Positions 1 to 8,900 of a DNA stretch of 64,000 bases are shown here, piece after piece. The notes beneath the pieces are model-generated. The model worked only from the letters and a program-made list of their open reading frames with translations. It did no database searches and was not told the DNA's origin. Position numbers and translations under genes: made by a program. The stretch lies in NCBI GenBank assembly GCA_046538485.1, contig JBKHIT010000001.1:128001-192000 (forward strand). Direction: 5' to 3'. Each line of letters begins with the position of its first letter. Position 1 is the first letter of the stretch. Source of the DNA: Candidatus Brocadiia bacterium (GTDB lineage Bacteria > Planctomycetota > Brocadiia > SM23-32).

Positions 1-384
1 TGCTCCAGTAAACTGTCCACACATACCGCCTCCTTTTACACCGCCGGCCGAGTGGTTGCTCTCTCCCATTTTCTTCACCACTCGCATCGGACTTCTCCTA
101 TCGAACGGAGGATCGTCTCAACCGGATCACCTGACTCTGTCAGCAACCGCCGTCAGGCTACCTTTACGATGCCTACGGATGTTCGTTTTCCTACGGTCTA
201 TGCGTTTGCCTGGCCGCTCGGACTGACTTTGAGTCCCCGCCCCAAATGGAACGGTTTCCCGTCTGGCGACTTTGTCACTGCGCGTCGGGGTCTCCCCCGG
301 CAGTCAGACTACGTGTCCGAAATGAGAAATTGACACGACTGGGACTCTCGCCCAGCCAGCTTACCCAGCCTTACCTGGGCACAC
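1..384 (-). mobile_element. Group II intron, 5' end (domain I); the rest, including any RT ORF, lies beyond the left window edge
   Basis: The minus strand starts GTGTGCCCAG at 384 (GUGYG 5' consensus). It contains segments typical of group IIB domain I (GGCGAGAGTCCC; AACGAACATCCGTAGGC; GGCGGTGTAAAAGGAGGCGGTATGTGTGGACAG). A hairpin loop GTTCGAT (106-100) and CGTAAA (168-163) are complementary to the upstream exon. Confidence 0.85.
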
Positions 385-457
385 ATTCAATGAGCGTAAA
401 CCCCGTTCGGCAATAAGAGGTAATCCGTTTATTTTTCCGTCGCGTTCTGATAACCAA
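385..457 (-). CDS. 5' exon of an intron-interrupted prepilin-type N-terminal cleavage/methylation protein
   Basis: A TTG start at 457 downstream of AGGAG/GGTAGG reads (M)VIRTRRKNKRITSYCRTGFTLIE plus one T, then the intron begins. This is a basic leader with the G|FTLIE motif, in tandem with two intact paralogues. Confidence 0.85.
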
Positions 458-515
458 ACCTACCGATTCTCCTGTTTTTGTCCAGCTCGCAGGTAATTCT
501 CACACAATGATTGGT

Positions 516-1394
516 TCAATACCAGGGCGGTGTGGCCCCTTTCCAACCCGGGGGAGCATCCGGCGCCGCCTGGGCGCAGTCCATTCCGCCCCCGGAATGC
601 CACCACCATTCCGATCCCCATTCGACGTGGCCATCGGCAAAGAGAAGATTGCCACCTTCCGGCCCCCACCCGGTAGCGTGTCGCCAATCTCCACCATTCC
701 TTTGAACGTTGCCGCACGGGTTACTACTACCTGATAGCGGGTACATTTCCACACTTATTGTGATTTCGCTGTGTCCCTTAAGCAGGTTCAGTCGGTTCAT
801 CCCCTCCTTGACAGGCCCCATTGTCCATCCTGGCCCTACGCCGTAATGATCGTAGTACCAGACGTCTGCCCGTCGCCACATATGGTGGTTCGACTGCCAT
901 GAGAGCATATGCATATGTTGGTGGGTCAGATGGCCAGTGACCTCAACGCTTCCCCAATCCCTGTATATCACCTCTTTTGTCATACTCTCTGGAAAGTATC
1001 CACCTCCATTTTGCGCGAGAGATTTCACACTACAGTTATTGCGACCCGGGTGAGAAGGACAGACCCAGACGTGAAATCCCTCGGTAAATCCCCACAATTC
1101 ATTCCGTTCCTCTTCAATTGCCCATCTGCTCCAGCGGTCCGTATGGGGGCGTTGTGCCGGCAATCGACTCTCATGATTCATGATAAACGAAAGGATCGAC
1201 ATTCCCTGCTGACGGTAGTTACTGGCGCACGTGATCCGCCTTGCTGATTCCCGCGCCCGTTCCAGCGCCGGCATGAGCATGGCCGCAAGAATTGCGATGA
1301 TCGCGATCACAACCAGTAACTCAATAAGGGTAAATGCCCTACGAAAACAGGGCATGACTCCTCTATTTCGCTGTTCTGTTTCAATAAACCTCAT
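516..1394 (-). CDS. Prepilin-type N-terminal cleavage/methylation protein with C-terminal H-X(n)-DG motif (DUF1559-like)
   Basis: [37 protein letters not shown]...[13 protein letters not shown]. Confidence 0.9.
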   Translation of the reverse strand: MRFIETEQRNRGVMPCFRRAFTLIELLVVIAIIAILAAMLMPALERARESARRITCASNYRQQGMSILSFIMNHESRLPAQRPHTDRWSRWAIEEERNELWGFTEGFHVWVCPSHPGRNNCSVKSLAQNGGGYFPESMTKEVIYRDWGSVEVTGHLTHQHMHMLSWQSNHHMWRRADVWYYDHYGVGPGWTMGPVKEGMNRLNLLKGHSEITISVEMYPLSGSSNPCGNVQRNGGDWRHATGWGPEGGNLLFADGHVEWGSEWWWHSGGGMDCAQAAPDAPPGWKGATPPWY

Positions 1395-1541
1395 AGCTCT
1401 CGCTCCTCTCTATGTTTCGATATGTGACAAATTGCTAAATCACCACATTTTTCGCTTTACAATGGAACGAATCAGCGCATCGACAACTCCGCGTAAGCGG
1501 CGGCCCAATCCTCGGGAAGGCTAACTGAAGATGTTTTCGTT

Positions 1542-2504
1542 TCATTTTGCCGGTTCTCCGTATTGGCGGCACCAGCCGACGAAATTATCCCAGTGGCTGA
1601 CACCCGTGGAACCGTATGCACTACCGTTGGCCAGGATGTGGTAACTTCTATTTGGATCCTGAATCCATCCTGGTTCGGCAACTTCGCCGTAACTGATCCA
1701 GCGCGCCGATCCATCGTAGAATACGGCATTCGATCCCTCTCCCCCGTGGCTCATCGCGCGCCATTGATCAGCATACACCGTTTCCTGGGCGCAGGTGATC
1801 AGAACCGGCGAAACGCCTGTTCCCGGATCGTTTTTGTTCCGCCAGTTTTCCACGATGTAACGGAGCCGCGTATTCTCTCTCCCAACCCAGTAAGCGGGAG
1901 CGTCGGGGCTATACTGCCAGAACTGGTGGGCGACACCGAGGTAGTATCGATACGAACATATCCCACCCTCCACGTCATAATCATACTCGCCGTTCAGGTC
2001 TGGCCATGTCTTTCTACTGCCCCAGAACGTGTGACGGGGATCATTGAGACTCCACTGCGTGCCGCTCATGCCGTCTGGTTTTCGCCACGCGGGGCAAAAA
2101 AGCAGATCCGCGGATTGAAAATATCCCATCCGGACGAATGTGCCCCAGGCCACGATCAATCCGTTCGACCCATTGGCCTTGTGCGTGCGGACGGCCTGGT
2201 GCCATTCCGTAGTTCCCGTGCTGAAATTCGTTGTGTGGGCCGTATAGATCGATTCCTTGATACTCGCAGTCGTTGCCCAGGGCAAACGCTCATCATTGTC
2301 GTTGGCGAACATCATCACCTGTATCCCGTTCTGTCGTCTATCACTCAAACACGCCGCCCGCGTGGCGGCATCCCGGGCTTGTTCCAACGCCGGCATTAAC
2401 ATCGCGGCCAGAATTGCTATAATGGCGATTACAACCAGCAGTTCGATAAGTGTAAAGGCCTGCCCAAATCGACGATTCACTTTCTCTTTTCGAGCGACCA
2501 ACAT
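1542..2504 (-). CDS. Prepilin-type N-terminal cleavage/methylation protein (DUF1559-like)
   Basis: [53 protein letters not shown]. Confidence 0.9.
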   Translation of the reverse strand: MLVARKEKVNRRFGQAFTLIELLVVIAIIAILAAMLMPALEQARDAATRAACLSDRRQNGIQVMMFANDNDERLPWATTASIKESIYTAHTTNFSTGTTEWHQAVRTHKANGSNGLIVAWGTFVRMGYFQSADLLFCPAWRKPDGMSGTQWSLNDPRHTFWGSRKTWPDLNGEYDYDVEGGICSYRYYLGVAHQFWQYSPDAPAYWVGRENTRLRYIVENWRNKNDPGTGVSPVLITCAQETVYADQWRAMSHGGEGSNAVFYDGSARWISYGEVAEPGWIQDPNRSYHILANGSAYGSTGVSHWDNFVGWCRQYGEPAK

Positions 2505-2522
2505 AATGTTTGTTCCTCTACT

Positions 2523-3992
2523 CTAAGGATGTATCATTTCCACAGCCAAATCCAGTCTTCGGAGAGTATTTTCGACGCTGATCTCGCCGTTCAAGAAAGG
2601 CGCCCTGAAGCTCAAACTTTTTTCCAACCGATCCGAACCGGCTTCCTGCCACCTGAGCGTGCTGGATTTGAGAGCTGCATGGACACCTTTTTCACCAGCC
2701 GGATGTCGGGCCAGCCACTCATCAGAAAGCGCCACGTCTCGAAGAACCGAGGGATTGCCGGGAACCTCCCCAAACTTTCGCTGGACCTCCGAGGAACACA
2801 GATATCGACACAGGTCCAATGCTGCGCCGGGTTCGTCGGTCTCTTTTCGAATCGCAAGTAAAACCAGGTAGGCTTTTATCCGACAATCGGCGGCCACCGG
2901 AACCGGATCTGCCGACCATGAGAAATCGGCTTCCCTCTGGAAACGCGGCACCTCAAAACTGCAATGATGGTGGAACGCCAGACGTCCCTCCAGAAACAGG
3001 CCGCTCGTTGCGCCCTCTTTCGCAGGCTCAAACTGGCCGGCGCGGAAAGATTCGAGAACTTCCCGTGCCCGTTCTCTGTCGAGTTGGATCTGTCCGTCCC
3101 CCAGATACAATGCCCCCGTCGCCATTAACCAATCGACAAATCCCGTCAGAACCAGCCCATGCGGGGGCTTTTCGCCTGCATCAAAACAGCGATTGACCGC
3201 CCTTGCGCGGTCCATGACCTGTTGCCACGTCGTCGGCGCATCGGTCGGGACTTCGGCTTCCTGAAGCAGATCAAGATTCCTGAAAAGAAAGTGAAGGGTC
3301 AGTGAAAACGGCAACCCCGGCAGCTCCTCCCGCCGGGAAACCCAATCCGCCACGACCTGCAGGAGTTCGTCGCGATCCCCGCCCAGAGCCTCATAGGAGG
3401 GAAACGAAAGAAAATCCTCGGTCCCGAGGTGATTGATAATCTCCGGCGTGGTCTGGATAATATCCACCGACCGATCGGCCAGGATATCTTCGATATGGCC
3501 GTCCCGGCCCGTAAGCAGTTCGCATTCCACCGACCGGCTCCGTCCCTCAAACTCGTCCAGCACATCCCGCCAGATATCGATGTTGCGGGGAAGCAGTTCC
3601 GATACGTAAACGGTCAGCCCTGCCGTGCGAACACGCGGAGCCAGAAGCTCGCTTACTGAATTCGGCTTTGTCGCCTCCTGAGCCGGACGGGAGTCTGAGG
3701 ATTCTTCTCCAACCAACTGCGGGGCATTCTCCGCAACAAACGATCCGCTACGCCGTCGCGTGTAGATAAGTTCCTGCTCTTTGAGTTTCTCAACCGCTTC
3801 AACGGCAACCGTCTGGCTGACTCCGTACAGATCCTGCATCTCGCGCAAAGAAACCAGCCTGTCTCCCGCCGTCAGCTCCCCCGCCGCGATACGCCGTCGG
3901 ACATCATCTACGATCGTATCGCACTTACGCGGACGCTTCAGAGACGTCTCAACACCATTCCGCTCCTGCTGGTCCACCGTCGAACCTGCCAT
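2523..3992 (-). CDS. GntR-family HTH regulator fused to an ABC-type sugar solute-binding domain
   Basis: N-terminal wHTH (IAAGELTAGDRLVSLREMQDLYGVS...RRRSGSFV) and a C-terminal SBP-like region (LFRNLDLLQEAEVP..PTTW, FLEGRLAF). Start moved to ATG 3992, which has a GGAGG RBS and an upstream promoter. Confidence 0.85.
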   Translation of the reverse strand: MAGSTVDQQERNGVETSLKRPRKCDTIVDDVRRRIAAGELTAGDRLVSLREMQDLYGVSQTVAVEAVEKLKEQELIYTRRRSGSFVAENAPQLVGEESSDSRPAQEATKPNSVSELLAPRVRTAGLTVYVSELLPRNIDIWRDVLDEFEGRSRSVECELLTGRDGHIEDILADRSVDIIQTTPEIINHLGTEDFLSFPSYEALGGDRDELLQVVADWVSRREELPGLPFSLTLHFLFRNLDLLQEAEVPTDAPTTWQQVMDRARAVNRCFDAGEKPPHGLVLTGFVDWLMATGALYLGDGQIQLDRERAREVLESFRAGQFEPAKEGATSGLFLEGRLAFHHHCSFEVPRFQREADFSWSADPVPVAADCRIKAYLVLLAIRKETDEPGAALDLCRYLCSSEVQRKFGEVPGNPSVLRDVALSDEWLARHPAGEKGVHAALKSSTLRWQEAGSDRLEKSLSFRAPFLNGEISVENTLRRLDLAVEMIHP

Positions 3993-4035
3993 AAGGCCTC
4001 CCAATCTGTGTATTCTCTGCACCCTTTCTGTATAT

Positions 4036-4064
4036 ATACTACCCTTTTTGTGCGTTTTTGTCAA
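4036..4064 (-). promoter_or_regulatory. Sigma70-type promoter of the GntR-SBP/prepilin operon
   Basis: TTGACA-17 bp-TAGTAT on the minus strand. Confidence 0.7.
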
Positions 4065-4152
4065 CCTGTTTTTGCTCGTATATGGTCCATAATAGTTCCC
4101 GAAGTCCAGCACTGGCGGCCGAGGCGGACAATTTGCCGGTGGTTCCACGGGC

Positions 4153-4186
4153 AAGGGACAGAAGGGACTTAAGGGACGAAAGGGAC
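4153..4186 (+). repeat. Short periodic repeat, AAGGGAC x4
   Basis: aagggacag aagggactt aagggacga aagggac (9-nt period). Confidence 0.75.
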
Positions 4187-4268
4187 TCGGTGTTTCCTGT
4201 CGCGTTCCCTGACATGACCCATGAGCAGACTGGGCTTCAGCACCACTACGGCGACAACCTCAAAAGTT

Positions 4269-4433
4269 TCACCTTCCATACGTTGCTGGACCGTTTTGGT
4301 CATGCACGTGACAGAATCTGCCTCTCCCCCAAACCACCGCGAAGCATTGATCTCCGCCTTCTTTGTAAGCGGGAGCATGGGCACCCAGTATACCCCCGTC
4401 TCCAAAAATGCCAATTTTGATCCTGTCTTTCAC
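4269..4433 (-). pseudogene. Internally deleted Gfo/Idh/MocA oxidoreductase remnant
   Basis: GGGAG RBS, then GTG-KDRIKIGIFGDGGILGAHAPAY (Rossmann start). The DNA immediately after reads RWFGGEADSVTCMTKTVQQRMEGE in another frame, a mid-protein Gfo/Idh/MocA motif. Confidence 0.65.
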
Positions 4434-4526
4434 AACTCCCTTTTTCTTTTTTTGTTGTCGGATTACAATTCCCGTCTATTTTGTCAACCTTTCCCCTCGC
4501 AAACATGAGAAGATCCTGGGTATTTC

Positions 4527-6392
4527 TTACCGCAACAGTTCATGCGAAAGCTGCACCACCAGGCAGCCCATGATAGCACGAGCAACACCCTTCTCTCCGT
4601 TGCGGTGCCGCTCCAGAAGTTGCTCTACGCCAGCCGGGCTGAAATAACCCTTTTGGCGAAGCACTTTTTCGGAAAGCATCTCCCTGGCAAATTCTGGCAG
4701 GGGCCCGCGCAACCATACGCGATAGGGAGATTGAAGGGCACGTTTCTTCCGGTTAGCAATCCTGGCTGGCAAAAACCTCCTGGCAACTTCCCTCAGTATT
4801 TGTTTGCGGAGCCCGACCGGTCGCGCCGGCGGAGGGGGGATCCGCGCGCAAAGTTCCAACAGTTCATGATCCAGAAACGGCAATCGGGTTTCCACAGAAT
4901 ACGCCATGGCATCATGGTCATTCATTCGCAGAACAAAATCCGGCAACCGCACTTTAATATCAAAAAACTGCAGTTGACGAAACGGATGCCACCGGCGAAA
5001 ATCCTTCGGCAAAGCCTCCATTACGTCATCATAGTTCGTTTTGGCAATCATTTCCCGAAAACTATCCGAAAACAATTGCTTAAAAGAAGGTGGCCGTGGT
5101 GCAACGAGGGCTCGGAATTTCTCCAAATCAATCTTTCCAGCGCTGGCAAGAATCCGGGCGGGAAGCTTGAAGAGGTTCGGAAGTCGCTCCCCCAGGAAGC
5201 TAAACTGACGTAACCAGCGTGGCAGCAAGGAAAACGGTCTCAAGAGCGCTTCTCTTTGATAGTAAGAGTAGCCTCCGAATACTTCATCCGATCCCTCGCC
5301 GGTCATGGCTACTTTAAATTTCTGCGAAGTTGCACGTGCCAGAAGCAGTTGCACGATCTCAATTCCTGTCGCGCTCATATTCTCACACTGCCGTACCGCT
5401 TGTGGCAGCATCTCGAAGTGTTCAATCCGAACGGGAACTTTGTGGTTGTAAGGAGAAAAATCCGCGTGATCCGCCAGGGTAAACTGGTAACTGAATTCAT
5501 CGCGGCGGGAGGCTTCGAAGTCCAGTGAAAATGTATGCACAGGCTCCGCTTGTTCCTGTGCCATCAGCGCAGCAATCGTGCTCGAATCGACCCCACCACT
5601 AAGCCAGGCCGCTGCGGGCACGTCGCTACGCAGATGAACATGCACGGTCTCACGCAGTTTGTCTTCAAGGGCATCCACCCATTCCCCCCATCCGCGCACA
5701 GAGCGCTGACGAGGAGAAGCCGGGAACTCCCAGTAGCGGCGGATCGATATCCGGCCATTACGATAAACCATACAGTTACCCGGCCGGAGCATATTGACCT
5801 CTTCGAGAATGGTGTGCGGCGCCAGGATATAACCAAATTCAAAGAGATCCCGGATGGCACGAGGATCCAGTCTCTCCGTCAAATCCACTGACTGCCGAAG
5901 CGCTTTCATCTCCGAGGCAAAATGCATTCCAGAGGAAGAATGCACATAGTAAAGAGGCTTGATCCCCAGCCGATCACGACCAAGCACGAGCTTTCGCTGG
6001 CTGCTATCCCAGAGTGCAAACGCAAACATGCCGCGTAACGACTCAACAAACTGGAGCCCCTGCTCCTCATACAGATGCACCATGACTTCAACATCGCAGG
6101 ACGACGAAAATTCATGGCCGCCCTTCAAGAGTTCTTCCCGGAGTTCCGGCGCATTATAAATCTCCCCATTGCAAACGAGTGCAACTGTGTCATTTTCATT
6201 GTAAAAAGGTTGTTGTCCTCGGGGCAGATCAATAATTGCCAGTCGGCAAGCGCCGAACCCAATCCCTGCATCATGATAGAAACCGCTGCTGTCGGGGCCA
6301 CGATGACCGAGTATTTTTGCCATCCTCTCTAACTGTTCGACTGAAACATCCCGGTCTGGATCGGAGAAAGCCATCCCAAAAATTCCACACAT
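4527..6392 (-). CDS. asnB: Asparagine synthase (glutamine-hydrolysing)-type amidotransferase
   Basis: MCGIFG N-terminal nucleophile, HRGPD, NGEIYN, RDRLGIKPLYY, LSGGVDSS, TGEGSDEVFGGY, ETRLPFLD. Confidence 0.9.
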   Translation of the reverse strand: MCGIFGMAFSDPDRDVSVEQLERMAKILGHRGPDSSGFYHDAGIGFGACRLAIIDLPRGQQPFYNENDTVALVCNGEIYNAPELREELLKGGHEFSSSCDVEVMVHLYEEQGLQFVESLRGMFAFALWDSSQRKLVLGRDRLGIKPLYYVHSSSGMHFASEMKALRQSVDLTERLDPRAIRDLFEFGYILAPHTILEEVNMLRPGNCMVYRNGRISIRRYWEFPASPRQRSVRGWGEWVDALEDKLRETVHVHLRSDVPAAAWLSGGVDSSTIAALMAQEQAEPVHTFSLDFEASRRDEFSYQFTLADHADFSPYNHKVPVRIEHFEMLPQAVRQCENMSATGIEIVQLLLARATSQKFKVAMTGEGSDEVFGGYSYYQREALLRPFSLLPRWLRQFSFLGERLPNLFKLPARILASAGKIDLEKFRALVAPRPPSFKQLFSDSFREMIAKTNYDDVMEALPKDFRRWHPFRQLQFFDIKVRLPDFVLRMNDHDAMAYSVETRLPFLDHELLELCARIPPPPARPVGLRKQILREVARRFLPARIANRKKRALQSPYRVWLRGPLPEFAREMLSEKVLRQKGYFSPAGVEQLLERHRNGEKGVARAIMGCLVVQLSHELLR

Positions 6393-6492
6393 ATGTATAA
6401 CTCTCCTATGCCGGTCTTTGCTCCGTCCACCCGGGGGAACTTACAGATTTCAAATCACCGAGTTTTGCTGTCGGCGCATCGCTGAATCATAT

Positions 6493-7200
6493 CTACGTTT
6501 CCCTGTCGTGTTCGAACAGCAATGCAGGCTCAAAACCCACGTGATCCGCACTCACGCAACGGTATTCAACACCACCTGTATTCCCTTCCATTGCGTCCTG
6601 TCTCGCTTCGCCATGCAGATGGCCGTAGACAACCCAGTTTATCCCTGCATCCGACACCATTTCACAGACCTGGGACCTGCGCTCGCGCGTCAGCGGCGGA
6701 TAATGGGACATGGCAACGGCCACTTCCCAATCAAGTTTCGAAAGTGCGGTCAAAGAAAGCTCAAATCGCTCAAGTGCCCGATCCCAGTGTTTGCGATCAT
6801 TGTCCTCAACATACTCAGGGTACCCGGGCCAAGGCCAGCCCCGCACTCCACAGATTCCGATTCCCTGGTAGACATGAGCGTCAAATCGCACGAGATGCAG
6901 CGTGGGATCCAGGACGGATCGGACCTTCTTGGGACCCGAAAGCCAAAAGTCATGGTTGCCCCGGATAAAGTACTTTTGTCCGGGCAGCGACCCAATAAAA
7001 TTCAGGTCAGGCTTCGCTTCTTCCAACCGCATTGCCCAGCTCAAATCCCCCGGAATTAAAACAAGATCGTCACTCTCAACTTCCTGCTGCCAGTTTTTTT
7101 TTATTTTCGCGGGGTGGTCGGTCCATTCTTCCCCGAATATATCCATCGGCTTATCCACAGCGAATGAAAGGTGCAGATCGCCGATTCCGAAAATTCGCAT
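6493..7200 (-). CDS. Calcineurin-like metallophosphoesterase
   Basis: GDLHLS, PGDLSW, RGNHDFW, HYPP, YGHLH motifs. Confidence 0.9.
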   Translation of the reverse strand: MRIFGIGDLHLSFAVDKPMDIFGEEWTDHPAKIKKNWQQEVESDDLVLIPGDLSWAMRLEEAKPDLNFIGSLPGQKYFIRGNHDFWLSGPKKVRSVLDPTLHLVRFDAHVYQGIGICGVRGWPWPGYPEYVEDNDRKHWDRALERFELSLTALSKLDWEVAVAMSHYPPLTRERRSQVCEMVSDAGINWVVYGHLHGEARQDAMEGNTGGVEYRCVSADHVGFEPALLFEHDRET

Positions 7201-7388
7201 CAGTAACTCTCCATATCACAGCCGGGAAATCCCGGCCACAACGCTTGCTGTCCCGCATTTCGCTCAGATAACCGTGCGATATATCTACAATGAGCAACAC
7301 GGGCAAGTAAAATCATTGCTTGCCCGTGCCACACGAAACACCTCAACGTCCGGTTGGCTCCGTTCATCGGCCGATCAGATGTCGGAAA

Positions 7389-7751
7389 TCATTCCTCTTT
7401 TTCTTCACCTTCCCGGCGCGATATTCCTCCTTTGCTGACTTCCATGCGGACATTGTTGTCTTTATCGATCAGGAGGATGAAAGAATCCTCCTTAACTTTT
7501 ACAATCTCTCCGTGAATGCCTCCTATCGACACAACGCGTTCGTTCTCGCCCAGGCTGTCCAGCATTTCCTGGCGTTCCTGTTTTCGTTTTTTATCCGAAC
7601 GATGGGTCAACCAGAAAAACACAATAACAATCAGTACCATTGGCACGAAAAAGGAGAGGCCCGCGCCGCCTCCTCCGCCTCCGTCAGGTTGTCCCCCGCC
7701 TCCATTCGCGCCAGCGAAAATTAACAGATGCTTCCCGAGCTGTGTCAACAT
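7389..7751 (-). CDS. yajC: Preprotein translocase subunit YajC
   Basis: Single TM segment, basic stretch, VVSIGGIHGEIV; lies downstream of tgt. Confidence 0.9.
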   Translation of the reverse strand: MLTQLGKHLLIFAGANGGGGQPDGGGGGGAGLSFFVPMVLIVIVFFWLTHRSDKKRKQERQEMLDSLGENERVVSIGGIHGEIVKVKEDSFILLIDKDNNVRMEVSKGGISRREGEEKEE

Positions 7752-7765
7752 ATCAGACGTTCCTT

Positions 7766-8869
7766 TCAATCAGCGTACCGGCTCAAAAACTCGCTGCAAA
7801 ACGACGCAAATGAATTGGCATTGATCGCATCTCGCGCCGCCAGCATCATGCGGTGGTAAAACTGGATATTGTGAATGGTCAAAAGAATTGGCCCGAGCAT
7901 TTCCTGAGCGCGAAATAGATGGCTCAGGTATGCGCGAGAGTATAACCGGCACGTTAAACAATCGCAAGCCTCCTCAATCGGGCGCTTGTCGTCCTGGAAT
8001 GCGCTGTTCCTCAACCTTAGACGCCCCTCTTCGGTAAAAGCCGTGGCATTCCTGCCCATACGGCTCGGAGCGACACAATCGAATAGATCGAGCCCTTGCC
8101 CGACCGCATGAAGTAAATCGCTCGGGAAACCGACTCCCATCAGATAACGCGGCTTCTCTTCCGGCAACATCGGCGTCGTGAATCCAACGACTTTTCGCCG
8201 CGAGGATTTGTCTTCACCCACACTGACGCCACCGATCGCATATCCGTCAAAATCCAGATCCTCCAGGCATTCGGCGCAATCCTTTCTGAGTTGTTCAAAC
8301 TCCCCACCCTGAACGATGCCGAAAAGCGCCTGATTCTTTTTGCTATGAGTTTCCTTACACATTTCCGCCCATTTCAGGGTGCGATCGACCGCCGCTTCTG
8401 CCGTCTCACGAGAACATGGACAGGGCGGGCACTCATCGAAAGTCATTGCTATATCTGAGCCCAACTTGCCCTGAATCTCGATAGCTTCTTTGGGCCCAAG
8501 AAACATCAAAGAACCGTCTCGCGGGCTTCGGAACTCAACGCCATCGCTGTTTATCTCCCGCAGCTCAGAAAGCGAAAACACCTGGTAGCCACCACTATCG
8601 GTTAGAATCGGCCGATCCCAGCCCATGAACCGATGCAGCCCGCCCTGTTCCTGAATCCGCTCTGAGCCCGGTTGCAATTCGAGATGGTAAGCATTTGCCA
8701 GCACGAACTGGCTGCCGCAATCCATCAAACGGTCCGAAGGAACCCCTTTCACTGCTGCTGAAGTTCCAACCGGGGCGAAAGCCGGCGTTTCGATCGTCCC
8801 ATGTATCACCTCAAGACGGCCCGTCCGGGCGGAACTGGATGTGTCGCGATTCTCCAACTCAAATCTCAT
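7766..8869 (-). CDS. tgt: tRNA-guanine transglycosylase
   Basis: ETPAFAPVGT, TDSGGYQVFSL, FDECPP, GIVQGG, RYLMGVG, CDCLTC zinc site. Confidence 0.95.
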   Translation of the reverse strand: MRFELENRDTSSSARTGRLEVIHGTIETPAFAPVGTSAAVKGVPSDRLMDCGSQFVLANAYHLELQPGSERIQEQGGLHRFMGWDRPILTDSGGYQVFSLSELREINSDGVEFRSPRDGSLMFLGPKEAIEIQGKLGSDIAMTFDECPPCPCSRETAEAAVDRTLKWAEMCKETHSKKNQALFGIVQGGEFEQLRKDCAECLEDLDFDGYAIGGVSVGEDKSSRRKVVGFTTPMLPEEKPRYLMGVGFPSDLLHAVGQGLDLFDCVAPSRMGRNATAFTEEGRLRLRNSAFQDDKRPIEEACDCLTCRLYSRAYLSHLFRAQEMLGPILLTIHNIQFYHRMMLAARDAINANSFASFCSEFLSRYAD

Positions 8870-8900
8870 GAAAACTGTTCTCCGTCACGCTGGCTAAATT

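Noticed and set aside
52..333. 93-aa plus-strand ORF
   Set aside because: It lies antisense to the structured group II intron RNA and has no recognisable protein motif.
3993..4154. N-terminal extension of the GntR ORF in the ORF track
   Set aside because: It spans the predicted promoter; the RBS supports ATG 3992.
4153..4186. Short repeats as a CRISPR array
   Set aside because: 7-nt units with 2-nt spacers and no cas genes; no CRISPR-like array was seen anywhere in the window.
4213..4270. YGDNL-like fragment resembling the start of a DNA methyltransferase
   Set aside because: Only five residues of similarity with no continuing frame; not supportable.
4169..6392. asnB homologue plus small ORFs as a lasso-peptide or other RiPP cluster
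   Set aside because: The protein has a full N-terminal Cys glutaminase domain, there is no B1/B2 peptidase or RRE gene, and the small ORFs are better explained as a Gfo/Idh/MocA remnant.
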